Source of the DNA: Ministeria vibrans ATCC 50519
Lineage: Eukaryota; Protista; Filasterea
Direction of reading: 5' to 3'
Assembly (NCBI GenBank): GCA_943704425.1
Contig: CALSCP010000905.1
Location: forward strand, 63,253-127,252
Length of the DNA: 64,000 bases
The notes beneath the pieces are model-generated. The model was not told the DNA's origin. It ran no database searches and was given only the letters and a program-made list of their open reading frames with translations. Positions 41,601 to 54,560 of the stretch are shown here, piece after piece; position 1 is the stretch's first letter, and every line of letters begins with the position of its first letter. The position numbers and the translations under genes were made by a program.

Positions 41601-43360
41601 TTCTGACAGTGTGTTGTTCCAACTCTGACTTTGTAGATGAGTTCGACAATGACAAGTTGCATGATGTCACTGAAGGTGTTCAGCTGATCGACGCAGGAGA
41701 TAAGGTAGTCGAGGGCACGCTGCTGATCGACGTGGACGAGCATCATAAAGGCGTTGCGCTTGCATGAGGGGTCCTGCTCGGCAATGAGGAAGTTATGGAC
41801 GAGCTCGGGTGCGTCGGGAATGAGCGTCTCTGTGTGTTTGAAGATGGTGAAGATGGCAAGGACGGCGTTGCGGCGCACGTAAGGGTGGCGGTGCTCAAGG
41901 CACTCGCGAATGCTTGGCATGACCGGCTCGAGCAACTCGGGCTGCTTGAGCTTGCACAGAAAGCGCAGTGTAGCGCCACGCACAAACTCATTGGGGTGCA
42001 GCAGGTCTTTGCGGTAGGCGTCGCACACAAGAATCATTTCGTGCAGCAACTTGCCCTGCGCATCCGTCTTTGGTACCAGTTCCCAGTAGATCAGGAGCAG
42101 TTTCTTGATCATGTGATCCTGCATCAAGAGAAAGAGATTGTGGAGAAGAAAGAAACAAAGTGATCGAGAGGATCAGAGGAGAAAGAAACAAAGTAATAGA
42201 GAGGATCAGAGGAGAAAGAAACAAAGTAATAGAGAGATAGAGAAAGAAAAACAAAATAATAAAGAGAAGAAAGAGGGGAGCGTGTGTGGGTGTGTGGAAG
42301 GGAAAGGATGAATTAAAAGTCAATCCGTAAGAGTGAATCAAACATTCAACACAACACACACAAACAAGACCACACAACAACAACAACAACAATAATAATA
42401 ATAATAAGAAAGAGCAAGTCGCGGCGCACACACACATACACACACATACATACCTTGCAGGGCATGACAAAGCGAATGACAGACATGAGCGTGGTGGGAA
42501 ACTTCTCGCCGTTGATCATAAGCTGAATGAGTGTCTTGAGTGCCATTCGCTTCACTTCCTCCTTGGGAGACTCAAAGTCCTTCTTGAGCTGTTGCTCCGA
42601 GGGTGCGTCGCCGTCAAGCGCGACGTTCATAAGCGTGTAACAGGGCGGAGCGGCAGCTGAGTGGTGACGAGAGGAGAGAGAGAAAAAAAAAATATATTAT
42701 TATATCATAACTGTCTTTCAAACGGTCAACGAAGATAATATCGACACATCGGGGGCGGGGCATGTGGATATCTCAACGCGTCTGGTTCACATGGGGACAC
42801 GGCCAGGCGAGCAGCGATGCGTGGCAGCTCCAACACGACAAGATAAAAAAAAAAAAAAAAAAAAAAAAACGAGAGACGTTTTGGCAAACGCACTTAGGAA
42901 AAAAAAAGGAGGAGAGGAAGAGCGCATCAGATGGTACGATGGAGAGAAGTGAAGAGAGGGCGAGAGAGGAGAGGAGAGGGAATGGACGGTGGGCGTTTGG
43001 GAGAGAAGACGATTGACGAGAGGAGTGGAACACTTTTTCAAGAATAAACCGCTCAACGAGGGCTCAATAGAGCCACATGAGAGAGAAAGGGGAGAACGAG
43101 CGAAGGGGGGCATGTTGGTGGATGGGTTGGGAGCGCAGAGGCGAGGCGAGGAGGGCGGTGGAGCGCAGTTGGTCGACGCACGTCTCTCCGGACAAGCCAG
43201 ACGATCAGCTGAGGGCAGCGAGGCGGGGAGGCAGCACACCCAGACTAGGCTGAGACTGCAGCATGCCGAAGAGTGGGGTGCCATGAAAAACGAACCAGAG
43301 CGGATGCACAATGATAAGCCCATTTTTTGGTCAACGTTAACGTCAATCCTGCTTACCCAT
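38676..43360 (-). CDS. COPB1: Coatomer subunit beta
   Basis: CYTLMNV; IRFVMP|[18 protein letters not shown]; [28 protein letters not shown]; [31 protein letters not shown]; [13 protein letters not shown]; IRAKTQ|GIALSIG. Probable 4-nt first coding exon ATGG|gtaagc at 43360-43357. Confidence 0.97.
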
Positions 43361-43573
43361 GGCGTCAAGTCGACTGCGCAAAGGAAATGCAATGTACACA
43401 AAGGGACGAAGAAAAGAATGAGAAAACTGAAAAGAAAAAGAAAAAGATACGATTGGCGATTAACAAATAATAACGATTGTGACTGCTTTAGATAAAACAG
43501 TCTTCATTGGGTCTTCATTGGCGAATACAGTCTCAGGTAACACAGTAAATGTTACGGTTCAGGATGATTCTAG

Positions 43574-43877
43574 TCAATCCACTTGCCACTACAGAGAAAA
43601 AAAAGAGAGAGGCAGAGCGGAAGAGAGAACGAGTGAGAGACGAATCATATGCATATCATATGTCGGTAAGTTCTTACCCGCATTGCTCCTGTGTTGCCTC
43701 TTGACGCGATTTCTGCCGCCTCTTGAGCCTTGGCTGCCTTGGCCTGTCTTCTGGCAAGTCCCTGTGGATCCTTGATGCCCCGCTGACTCGCAGCCGTCGC
43801 TCTTTCTTCAGCGGCCTTTCTCGCCCTCTCACGCCTCTCCTCGGCCAACGGCGTGCGCTCCTCGTCAGTGCCACCGC
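43574..43877 (-). CDS. SVIP: Small VCP/p97-interacting protein (N-terminus lost in the short N gap)
   Basis: EERRERARKAAEER fits the VIM motif RX5AAX2R. ASQRGIKD follows, and the C-terminus GAMR|WQVD-TGA parallels SVIP ASRGILD..GLRWTVS. Confidence 0.85.
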
Positions 43878-43897
43878 NNNNNNTATTACTTACAATC

Positions 43898-46847
43898 ATG
43901 TCATTTGTCAAAAAACTCAAACGGCGCAGCGCCATAGCGGCCGCGGCGTCTGCCGCTGCTGCGGCCGAGAGCGAGCTTCGCGAAGATCGTTTCGAACGAA
44001 ACTTACAAGGTCCCATCACATCCCATCCCATCACGGCCCTTCCGCCTCTGACGCACGCTGTGTAGAGTTCTCCTTCCTTGAGAGCTCCACAGGTCGCCTT
44101 GAAGCGGCCATCGAGGGCTTTCTGACGGCGACAGAGGAGATGGCAAAAAGCACAGCAAAACTTGGCGATGAGTTCCTCGCCAACTTCCACGGGACGCCTC
44201 TGTGGGAGCTGTGCATCCGGGAGCATGTAGTGCTGGACCAGCTGCGCCAAGAACAACTAAAGCTGTCCAAGTATATGAAGCAGACGGTAAGTTTGTGTGT
44301 TCTTAACTTCATTCCCATATTTCCTTGTCGTTTTCTTTTTTCTCTTTTTCCCCTCTCCTTCTCATTTCTCATTCTTTGTAGGTTCTTGCGCCCATTGCAT
44401 ACTTTACGTCACTCATCGACGAGCCGCGCCAGCTGATGACGGAGTGTATGGCGCTCAAGAAGGGGGACATGGCGTCAAGCGACGCACTCAGTCGGCTTAC
44501 GGCCAAACAGACTGACTTTGACGCACTGGTGACGCGCCTGCGCGAGCGACGCGTCCAAACGGTCGGGCCGTGTGTGCCGCTCTTTATGCAAGGCAAAATG
44601 GAACTGCTTCGAGCCAGTCTTGGCGTCGTCTCGCCCTTTTGCGATGAATTTGTCTCTCGTTGCGACTTCCTTCGCGAGGACACCCAGTCCAAAGCCGTCT
44701 CGCACGCCACCATCGACTGGCTCTCGGCTGCCAGTGGGGTTTCACGCGAACCCGATGGCAACACTCTGATGGGTTCTCGACAACCGCACGAGCATCACAT
44801 TGATTCGTTCACGACAACTCCTGGCGGTATTCATCGACGCCGTGTGCTCACCGATGCCGACTTGAACGACCTCATTTCCCTTCAGAAGAACAAACGCCTA
44901 TCCTCCTCTTCCTCATCATCTAACAACAGCAACAACAACAGTCGCAGCAGCATCAGCAACAAGGTGCTGTTACCACCAAACGAAATGGACTCACGCAAGC
45001 GCTCGTCGAGCTCTCATCGTCTCGAGAAAATGCGCTCACTCGACGCAAAGCTTCGCGAGGAAATCCACCTGTTCTGCACACGTCTCGACGCCCTTGACGG
45101 ACCTCCCCAGCACCCACATACGCATGAAATTCGCACGGGGTTTGCATACAATGTGGCTGGAATGGATTTGGCGTTGCGTGACTGTGTCAGTGATGGGGAG
45201 CGCAAACTGGCAGTGCAGTTGTTTGCACAGTCGCTCAACGATCGCACTGTGATGAAGGCACGACTGGCAACGGATCTTCCACGGCAGCGCATGACCATTG
45301 GCACACGGTCGTTTGCACCGGTCGTCTCCGACCGAGAGCGCACTGCCAATGCTCAGGCGAAGGTGCGTGCGGCGTGGGCACTGCTCGCCGAGCACAACGC
45401 AGCCCTTGTAAGTGCATCCGAGTCTAACCATAGACAAAGCGCCGCTCTCGATCACTATCTTGTCTCACTGCTTCACGAGGCAACCACCTCGGTTGCCCTC
45501 AACTCGTGCCGTGTGGCCCTTCAGCTTCTTGTGGGTCTACGTGACATTGTCTATGTGCGTCCTCTCTCGTACGATCCCACAGTGCGCACTGATCTGCAGT
45601 TTGACGGTCCCACTGCGCATCTTACCGTCACCATGGCATGGGAACTTACCGAAGACGCGCGCCAGAATGCCGCCGTTGGCCGCCCTACCGACGCCAAGAG
45701 CCCCACAGCCCCACTCGCCATGTACGACACTTCCTTCTCTCTCTCGTCCAACCTGGAGCACTACCTTCGTCTTCACTCCGAATCCACTACGCCACTGAGT
45801 CGAAGCAGTAGTTTCAACTGCGTTACCACAGCTGGCAGCAGCAGCAGCAGCAGCAGCATCAGCAGCAGCAGCACGCCCAGCGCCGCCTCCACCTTTCTCC
45901 TTGCAGCCGTCGACGGACTTCCCATCGTGCGCATCACTCGTCGCCACCAGCGCACAAACCCACTTCACGAGCAAGAGATGCTCACTCAACTGCGCGCCTC
46001 CGAAACTTCCACTACCCCGATTCCCGTCGCCTCCTATGCTACCGCAGTGCGTCGCTCCTTTGAGTCTGACTCCAACGATGAAAGCAACAGCAACGCCAAC
46101 CGCGACTCGCCTGTCTTCTCCCCTCCCACACAGCCTCGCCCCTCCCTCCTTCCTTCCCCAATCCTTCCTTTCTCCTCTTCCTCCACATCAATATCCTCCG
46201 CTGACATTGTTGCCTTTTCCGCTTCCCTTCCAATGTCCACTACCTTCCCAACAACAGCCCATGTCCCGCAACCACAGTCACAGTCACAGCCACAGTCACA
46301 GTCACAGCCACAGTCACAGTCACATTCACAATCACAGTCACAGTCACAGTCACAATCACAGTCACAGCCACAGTCACAGTCACAATCACAGTCACAGCCA
46401 CAACCACAGCCACAGCTACAACTACAGTCACAGCTACAGCTACAGTCACAACCACAGTCACAACCACAGTCACAGCCACAGCTACAGGCTCCCTTTGCAA
46501 CCATTCCCCTTCCCGCTCCCTTCAATCCTCTCTCGGCCCTTCCCATGTTTCAACCGCACACTGCCCCTCCTCCACCCTTCCCTGCCTCTACCACTCCCTC
46601 CTCCCTTCCCGCCTTTGACTCTCTCCCTCCACTCCCCACCTCTCTCCCTCAATCCGCCACAATCCACACTCCAATCGACCCTATGCAGCTGCTCTTCACC
46701 TCCATACCCGCTCCAACTCCCTCTCCTCCCGCAACAAGCACAACTCCGACATCATCCGTCAATGTCGCCTTGCGTGACATTCTCGAGGCCCCCATCGACC
46801 AAATACCCTCCATTTCATCCATTCAGTTGCGCGAATCCTTTGAATAA
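43898..46847 (+). CDS. BAR-like N-terminal domain protein with an unknown central domain and a QS/Pro-rich tail
   Basis: Spliced N-terminus MSFVKKLKRR..EDRFERNLQEFSFLESSTGRLEAAIEGFLTATEEMAKSTAKLGDEF..YMKQT|VLAPIAYF has a BAR-type helical pattern. A long terminal exon ends at TAA 46847. Confidence 0.6.
46270..46487 (+). repeat. Coding hexanucleotide repeat (CAGTCA/CAGCCA)n encoding QS/QP
   Basis: Directly visible. A related (CAGCCA)n run lies in CSPP1 at ~36205-36266. Confidence 0.9.
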
Positions 46848-46960
46848 GAATTGCGAATCCTTTGATAATATTTAGTATGATAATTGTACAAGCACATGAT
46901 TATTCATTAATAATTTGTTATTAGTACTTCTTTGCAAACTGTAACGAGTAACGCACTCCA

Positions 46961-49900
46961 ATGCCTGTCGGCCTGGGAAACGCACAGCGCAAGATCTGCC
47001 TGATCCTGTACGCGCTGGGCGGCGAGCAGTCCGGCGTGCCCGTTTCCGCAGTGCGTCTCGAAAAGGAGCTCCTCGAACGATTCAAACTGCGCCTCAAAAC
47101 GCTCAACGGGATCTTGCGCCACGAAGGCAAAGACACCGTTGAGAGACAGTCGACGGATCTCTTTGTGGTACGCCTCGGAAGCCGCACAATGCCCATTTCC
47201 ATCGAATTCACCGAAACGAATTTCTTTTTTGTATCATTTCTCTGAAACAGACATCGGGCTCTACGACTGCCACGACGTACACACTAACACCCGAGGGTGT
47301 CGCCGTTGCCCTGCGGGCCCTTGCGAAGGAGAAGAACCCCAAGCTCGCAATGCAGAAGAAGAATATCGCGGGACTGTTCGCAATGGCAGACAGCACAAGC
47401 ACAGGCGCAAACGCAAACCCAAACGCAAACTCAAACGCGAACGCAGACGCAGACGCAGACGCAGACACAGACGCAGACGCAGACGCAGACGCACACTCGG
47501 CGCCATCGACGGCCGCGCCGACCCCGCCGACATTGTCGCGAGACGACGCGGCTCAATTGCAGCGTGCGGGTAGCGCTGACGCAGCAACCAGCGGCAGTGC
47601 TAGCGGGAGCATGACAACAGTCGACGCTGCTGCTGCTGCTGCTGCTTCTTCTTCTTCTTCTTCTTCTTCTTCAGCCACAGTTCCATTTCTCACGCGTGCC
47701 AGTAGTAATTCTTCTCCGACACCTGTTGCCACAGCACCCACTTCCGGTGCAATCCCGACCACCTCAACCGCAGTCCCGTTTCTCACACGTGCTGGTAGTA
47801 CTCCTTCTTCTACTACACCTGTTGCCGCAGCACCAACGGCCGACAAGTCTCCCAAGGAAAAGACCAAGGCGACAAAGGAAAAGCCAGCCAAGCTGAAACG
47901 CAAGGACTCCACCTCAATACTTATGGAAAAGGCGCTCTACATGCTACAGCGAAACCTCACAGGCTCATCGACAGTGCAATCGATGGAGCGCACCCTGTCC
48001 CGCAACACTCATCTGGCACAGGTTATCCCGGCTATTGCAAAACACTACGGCTCCTTCCAGAACTTCTTGATGCTCCACGGCGACAAGGAATTCACTATAG
48101 AGGAGCCGTCCAAGCGCGTCCGTGTCAACGTTACCCCACACCGTCTCTTCCGTCGTGTTTTCTCGCACCTTTTTGTCTATGGTGGTCCCGAACGCGACCC
48201 CATTTCCGTCAAACACGTCTTTGGCGTTGTCTTCAACGAAATGAGTGACTTGCGCCCCTTTGCCCGCTCCGAAGTCGACCAAATCGCCTTCCTCCAGAAA
48301 CACCCTTTTATCTTCCACCTCTCCGCCAACAACACCGCCGTTGCGCTCACGCGCACTGCCATTGCCCAACGCGATCCCAAAGTCTTCTCCACTGCCATTA
48401 CACCGTCCGCATCTTCCAAACCCACCGCGGCGACACCGGCATCAACAAAAATAGCTGCAGTAGCAGGAGTACCAGCGGTACAAGCGGCACCAGCAGCAGC
48501 GACTCCCGTTGTTGCCCTCGAGACCACCAGGGAACTCTCCTTCTCCCCTCCTCCGCCAAAGCCGCACTTTCCCCCTTCGATCAAACCCGTGTCATCTTCT
48601 ACTATCGCCACCACATCTTCTACTTCCACTACAACTACTACAACTACTCCACCACCACCCCACCCACTTGTACCCTCTTCTTCCTCTCCCACGCAGCCAC
48701 AGTCACAGTCTCAACCACCACCAGGCGTTGTTGTTATCGACTCTCTCTCTGCATCTCGTACTAAAAGCAACACAAGAAACCCCCCATTATTCTGCCATCT
48801 GTCTCAAAACGGGTTTCTTTCTTCTTTTTTTCTTTTTCAGGCCAAATTGTGCACGAGCACCTTCTCAAAAGCACTCGGGTGACACTGTCGTACACGATAG
48901 CCCCACACCACAACACCTCTACTACAGCTTCTGCAGTCCCGTGTTTGGCCGCCGTGCACGTTGGTGTCGACCACACCAACACTGTCTATGTCTTTGATGT
49001 GCTCTCCTGCGGTCGTTGTCTCTTTGTCAATGATAATTCGGGTGGGGCACTCTCTCTTCTATTGGCTTCATCTCAAGTTGTACGTTTCATCTTTATACCA
49101 TGGCATGTTGGTGGTGTGTACTCACACATTGTTGTGGGCGTTGCAGGTTAAAATCGTCCACGACTGTCGAGCACTGTCGCATATGCTTTTCTACACATAT
49201 GCCACGGTGCTTCGCTGTGTCTTTGACACCCAAATCGCCCACCATTTTACTCAACTCTGCCCACCAGATTCACCCACCACACAAACCAATCTCGCCATGA
49301 ATACCACAACAACAACAACAACAACAACAGCAACAACTAGTAGTAGTAGTAGTAGTACTACTGTTGCTGGTGCATCCAATCCTGACGCCGTTCTTGATCC
49401 TCTGCTGGATTTCTATTCGACACTCTCTGCGTATACACTCAAAAGGGGGAACACATATTTCTCCCATATTTTTCCACGCACACACACACACACTGACTCT
49501 CCCTCCCTTTCATTTATTCTCTGATAGGCATGGAATGAGCAGTTCGGCTGAGCAACTGCGCATCATTGACTCCGAGTGCGACAGTGACCCTCTAATGTGG
49601 CTCAAACGTCCTTTTTCCATCGCACTACTCAAAAGGATTCGTCTAGAAATGCTCATTACGGTACACACACTTCTACCAAGTTACTGTTGTATACCAAAAA
49701 TATGTTTAATTCATGCCAATCGTGCAAACCCTAACAATCATTCGCTCATTTCTTTAATAATCAGTCGGTCGTCCATTCATTTCTCCACAACCGTTATTTC
49801 ACTCATTCATATTATAGCTCTTTCACACTGCTTACTTCCCCTCTGCTTGCTTACCCACAATCTATCGCTTAGACTTCCCTTTACAACTGGCTACACCCCT

Positions 49901-50477
49901 TTGCGTCTCTTCATCGCGACGCATTTGATCTCTGGTGCGATCGCCATTTGAACCTCAACAGAAAATTTGAAGTAACCTCCCCCCGAAAAAAAAAGATTAG
50001 GTTTCAAATACTTTTTTTTGGCACAATGTCTGTTTTGTGCAATAGGAATTCTTTGTGTCGTTGCGACTGTTTGAGGGCGAATCTATCGTGTTGCCGTATT
50101 CAGAGGATCTTTCAACTCAAAACACTTTGGAAATGGCGCAATCAGCCTTTCAACACTCAATTGACCGTTTGAAACAGGTTGGAAATCACACAACCAGAAT
50201 CGTTTCAAACTTAACGCTTGCTTGCATTTATTTCTTTCTCCTTCAGATTCTTCCAAATGCTCTGTCTGACTCTCTTGATCATCTCGAGCCAAATTGTGTT
50301 GAGCAGGTCACACAAACACACCCTCAATTACCAATCCTAATTTTGGTCGTATTTCGTGTAGAATCTGATGAAGATTGTGATGAAAAATGGCTCCACGACA
50401 AAACTTATTTTGAGAACAAACGACGCAAACGAGTAAGATATTAAAAATAATAATAATAGAAAAATAAATGTATGTAT

Positions 50478-50523
<46 letters not shown>

Positions 50524-50560
50524 TTATAATATTATAATTATTTTTATAATAATAATAATA

Positions 50561-50601
<41 letters not shown>

Positions 50602-51787
50602 CATTAATAGTTATAATAATAATTATTATTATTATTATTATTATTTTCATCATTATTAATTTTATTATTCTCCTTATCGTACTGGTTGTTCCATTTAGGT
50701 TTAGTATATCAGCTCGTTCATTGGATGAAGGAGGTGTATTTACGCAAGAGACACTGCGGAGTGTGCGGGATAATCCGGTGGTCTTGGGCGCACGCACTGG
50801 CACAGCGGGCACCAGTCGTGTGTTGCACATCAACGGGACTCTCCATACCATTCAGGTGTGACGGCTTTCTTTGTTGACTTTCTCCCTCCTGTTTCTCTCT
50901 CACACATATCCATCTCTGTAGTCGGCTGAGTTTGCCAATGGAACCATTCAGAGTCTGACCATTCTGATACAGCGTTGGATTCATCAAACGTCGCAGATTG
51001 TGTGTGATCATCTCGTTCCGTCTGTGCGTCCACAGTCAACCGACTCCATTCTTATTTGCGGCGCTCCACTCAGCGGCAAAACCACTCTGTACACCGCACA
51101 ACATCAGCAATGACGTACATTCACCTAAAAAAAACGCTCATTCCCCGTCTCTTGTTTAGTCTTCGCGATCTTGTACGCTCCGTTTCGTCGCAAGCAGGCG
51201 CAGCGCTGCGCGACACGTGCATCATTGACACGCTGGGCACTCTCTGTGGGGATGCGCACCCTCACCCCTTTTGTGAAAATGTCGCTTCCGTCGTTCAGGT
51301 CACAGCGCCCGAAAACCAACCGAAGGTTAGCAAATGTCGCACATGTCACACCACACGGCTGCTCTTTTTGTAACCCCACCTATGCTTTTGTTTACTTTGT
51401 TTCGTTAGGCGATTCGCAATTTGCTCAGCTCTCAAGCGCCGCACACTCTCATTGTCGGCTCAGTGTTGACGCACGAAGATGTGTCTGCACTCTGTGCGGC
51501 ACGTCAGAAAGGAATCAGAGTCATTGCGATTGTGCCCGTCGACACACTGTAAGTGTATCTGCCGCATGTTTTTCTCACTCAACGCATCACAAACTATGAT
51601 TAGATACCGTTTGGCTCACACAGCTGTATACCATCCTCTGCTGGGTCTCTCTGTTACATCCTCTTCCATCACTCCTCCTCCCCCTACGCAACTGCGCCAG
51701 ACAGGCTCTGTCCTCTTCAACACGGTTGTACAAACTCTTTCCCCCAATCGAGCCAGTACGATTCACAATCAAGAAAGAAAGACCTGA
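46961..51787 (+). CDS. Winged-helix + two LOTUS/Egalitarian-like wH domains + inactive EXD1/Egalitarian-like 3'-5' exonuclease + degenerate Ycf45/SpoIIIAA-like P-loop NTPase (multi-exon)
   Basis: Hand-spliced: YTLTPEGVAVA; HYGSFQNFLMLH; AFLQKHPFIFHL; VYVFDVL..VKIVHDCRALSHML..VFDTQIAH..WLKRPFS; DRLKQILPNAL; INGTLHTI; SILICGAPLSGKTTLLRDLVR; CIIDT..GDAHPHP. TGA ends at 51787. Confidence 0.75.
50441..50660. repeat. (AAT)n/(ATT)n inverted trinucleotide tract in an intron
   Basis: Visible runs of AAT followed by runs of ATT. Confidence 0.95.
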
Positions 51788-52012
51788 CTGTCGTTGTTTT
51801 TCTCTTTTTTTTTCGATAAACTAGTTGTCATGAGTCCCTTTGCGCTTTACCTCTCATCGCTCATTCTCAACACTTCATGCACTGCCGAATTACGTGTGAA
51901 CAAACCCCAACTCTCACTTGTTGAATGTACCGGTGTTTCAGTGGGCCCTGAACAACAATAAGAAAATAAAAATCTAATACAGATTTTGAAACCCAAAATA
52001 ATCGTGCTAGCT

Positions 52013-54492
52013 TCAATTGGTGAAATCGTGATCCGTGTGAAGATCAAGCGAGTCGATGACGGTTCCATTAAACGAGTCGATGAGAGACCAGCGCATATCA
52101 GTGGAATTGAATATGTCAACGCGACCGTACGCGTACACCTGCAGAAGAGAGAGAACACGCGCGTATAAATGGAAGGATGCAACAAAAAAAAAACATTGTT
52201 TGTTTTTTGGTGTGGTACAGTTGGGAAGCGAACAAGGGACCAGTCCTCTTTGTAGTAATTGGGAGTGTCAAAAGCAATGCCAGCAGTGCCCACCGTGATG
52301 TGGACAGTCGCCTGGGGCTGGCCGGTTGCCTGTGATTCGCGACATGTGTTGTTGTACACAGGACAAGTGCGCTCATAGCTGAAGTCAAAGAGAATGCAAT
52401 CGAGTGAGAGATAGTAAATATATATATATATGTAAAAAAAACGAGAGATAGAGGGAAAGGAAGAGAAAATTATGTGTGTACGAGTGGTAATGGCCGGCGG
52501 TAAACACATCCACATTATACTGCTGCAGGAGATCGCCAATGATGCCCTGGAGTGCAACGGCAACATTGAAATCACTTTTGTCCTACAGAAAAAGAAAGAA
52601 CGAGAGAGAAAAAAAAAAAAAAAGAAGAAGAAGACGTAACAAAATGCAAAATGGAGGAAAAACAGAAGGATGAATGAGTACGATTGTAGTTCAAAGGATA
52701 GGAGATACTGTCGTACTGCTTCCGAGCAATACACAGGTCGGTGTGCACCCATAAAGAGCCAAGGAGTCACAGAGCGATCCACGGACTAACAGATACAGAA
52801 ACAGTGTGTGTGTGTGTGTGGTATCAATATTTTTGTTTTTGTGCTTGTTTACCTTGAGATCATTTTCAAGCCAGGCTCGCTGAGCAGAGCCAACTTCAAG
52901 CGAATGCTCAATGGAAATAACAATGTAATGCACCGATTGTTTCTGACCGAGAGTTTTACAAAAAATGTGAGAGGAAAGAAAATAGCACTCTTAATTATTG
53001 GAAAACTGTGAAACGTACCTCAAAAGAATACCAAAACAGTGAGTTTCCAGTGTCAGGCACATGAAATCGATTGAACATCTTAAATCAGAGAGAGAGATAC
53101 AAAGTGATAGAGAGAGAAAGAAAGAAACAAAGAGAGAGAGAAAAATATGAGAAAAAACGGAAATATGTTATAATCATACCGGAACAGCACATTCGCCATC
53201 AGAGTCATCACCCATGTCACCCCAACCGGGATGGTAGCTATGAAGAGGAGCGGAAGATGAGTGGTGAGAGGGAGATGATTTTACACCAAGCTCCTCGGGT
53301 TGAGCTCGGGTTAGGGTTAGGGTTACGCTAAACGGGCCATATGAGCTGCTCTTACCCGTTGTCAGTGGGTGCTCCAGAGGGATCCTTGCCCTTTCCGCCC
53401 TTCAAGTGATCATATTCGTGGTTTCCAATCGAAACCAAGTCTGCAATAAAGAAGGAGACGTTAAATTCCGTACTAGAGACTTGTTTTTGGTTCTGACAGG
53501 GAATTTTGGAAGCAATTGGATAAATTGTGTCAAAAAACACATCCCACTTCAGCGCAGTGTTTCGCGCATACGAAATGTCCCCCTCATGCACAATAAACTA
53601 CAAAAAACACCCAATATTAGCAATATGACTTATTTGTATCTTCCTTATTTGTACCTCTGGTGGATTTTGACCTGTTTTGAGTTCGCGCTTCTCAATCTGT
53701 GAGACGAGTGCCTGTGCGCCCGGTCCGTACGACTGTGTCTCGTGGATTGCACACGACGCACAGAATTCCTTGGCCGTTCCCATATCTATTCATAAAAAAA
53801 ACACACACACACACCAAAGACATCAGATTGTTGCTTTTCCCTTTTTTTCTTCCTTTTCTTTGTACCAGCGTAAATGAGAAAAGAAAAAGGTTTTGACGGA
53901 TCTTCGGTGGCCGTTTGAAAGGTCTCAGGGGCCGTCCAAAGGTCATCGGCTCCTGCGACATAAGTGTACACCTGAAAGACAATTAATGATATGTGGGAGA
54001 TTCTATTTAAGTATGTACAATATACCTCTCCGGGTTTGAGACCAGTCAGTAGAACGTCGTGGATCCAGCCTGGAGGCACCCATGCCACGTCGTTGATTGG
54101 TGAAGCCTAAAATAACAATAAGACGAAATATTATTACTTGAGAGTGTGCCACTGAGTCGTACTTCACAGAGATCCTCTTGCGAATAGGTTTTCGACGTGC
54201 CCTGCGCCATCTGGTCCATCTCGCCATTCAGTCCAAAACGCACGGTTGGAGGACTCTCGGGGCGGCCCGAGACCCACATGACGCGCATTTCAGAGGGATT
54301 GGCAGTCAGGGCAATGTGCAGTTGTGTGGGTTCAAGATTTCCATGCACAAACGTCACTGGCGGCGAAATGGCCAATGGAGACGACATGTGGGTTTTGGCA
54401 GTACTAGGGTAGTACCAGAATGTGCTAAACAAACCGAAAAACGAAAAGTATAGATTATTAAGAAAACTATAACAATAATAATAATAATAATA

Positions 54493-54560
<68 letters not shown>

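Noticed and set aside
46034-46546. Minus-strand CDCDCGC metallothionein-like ORF and plus-strand HSHSHS ORF
   Set aside because: Alternate readings of the CAGTCA repeat inside the BAR-like gene.
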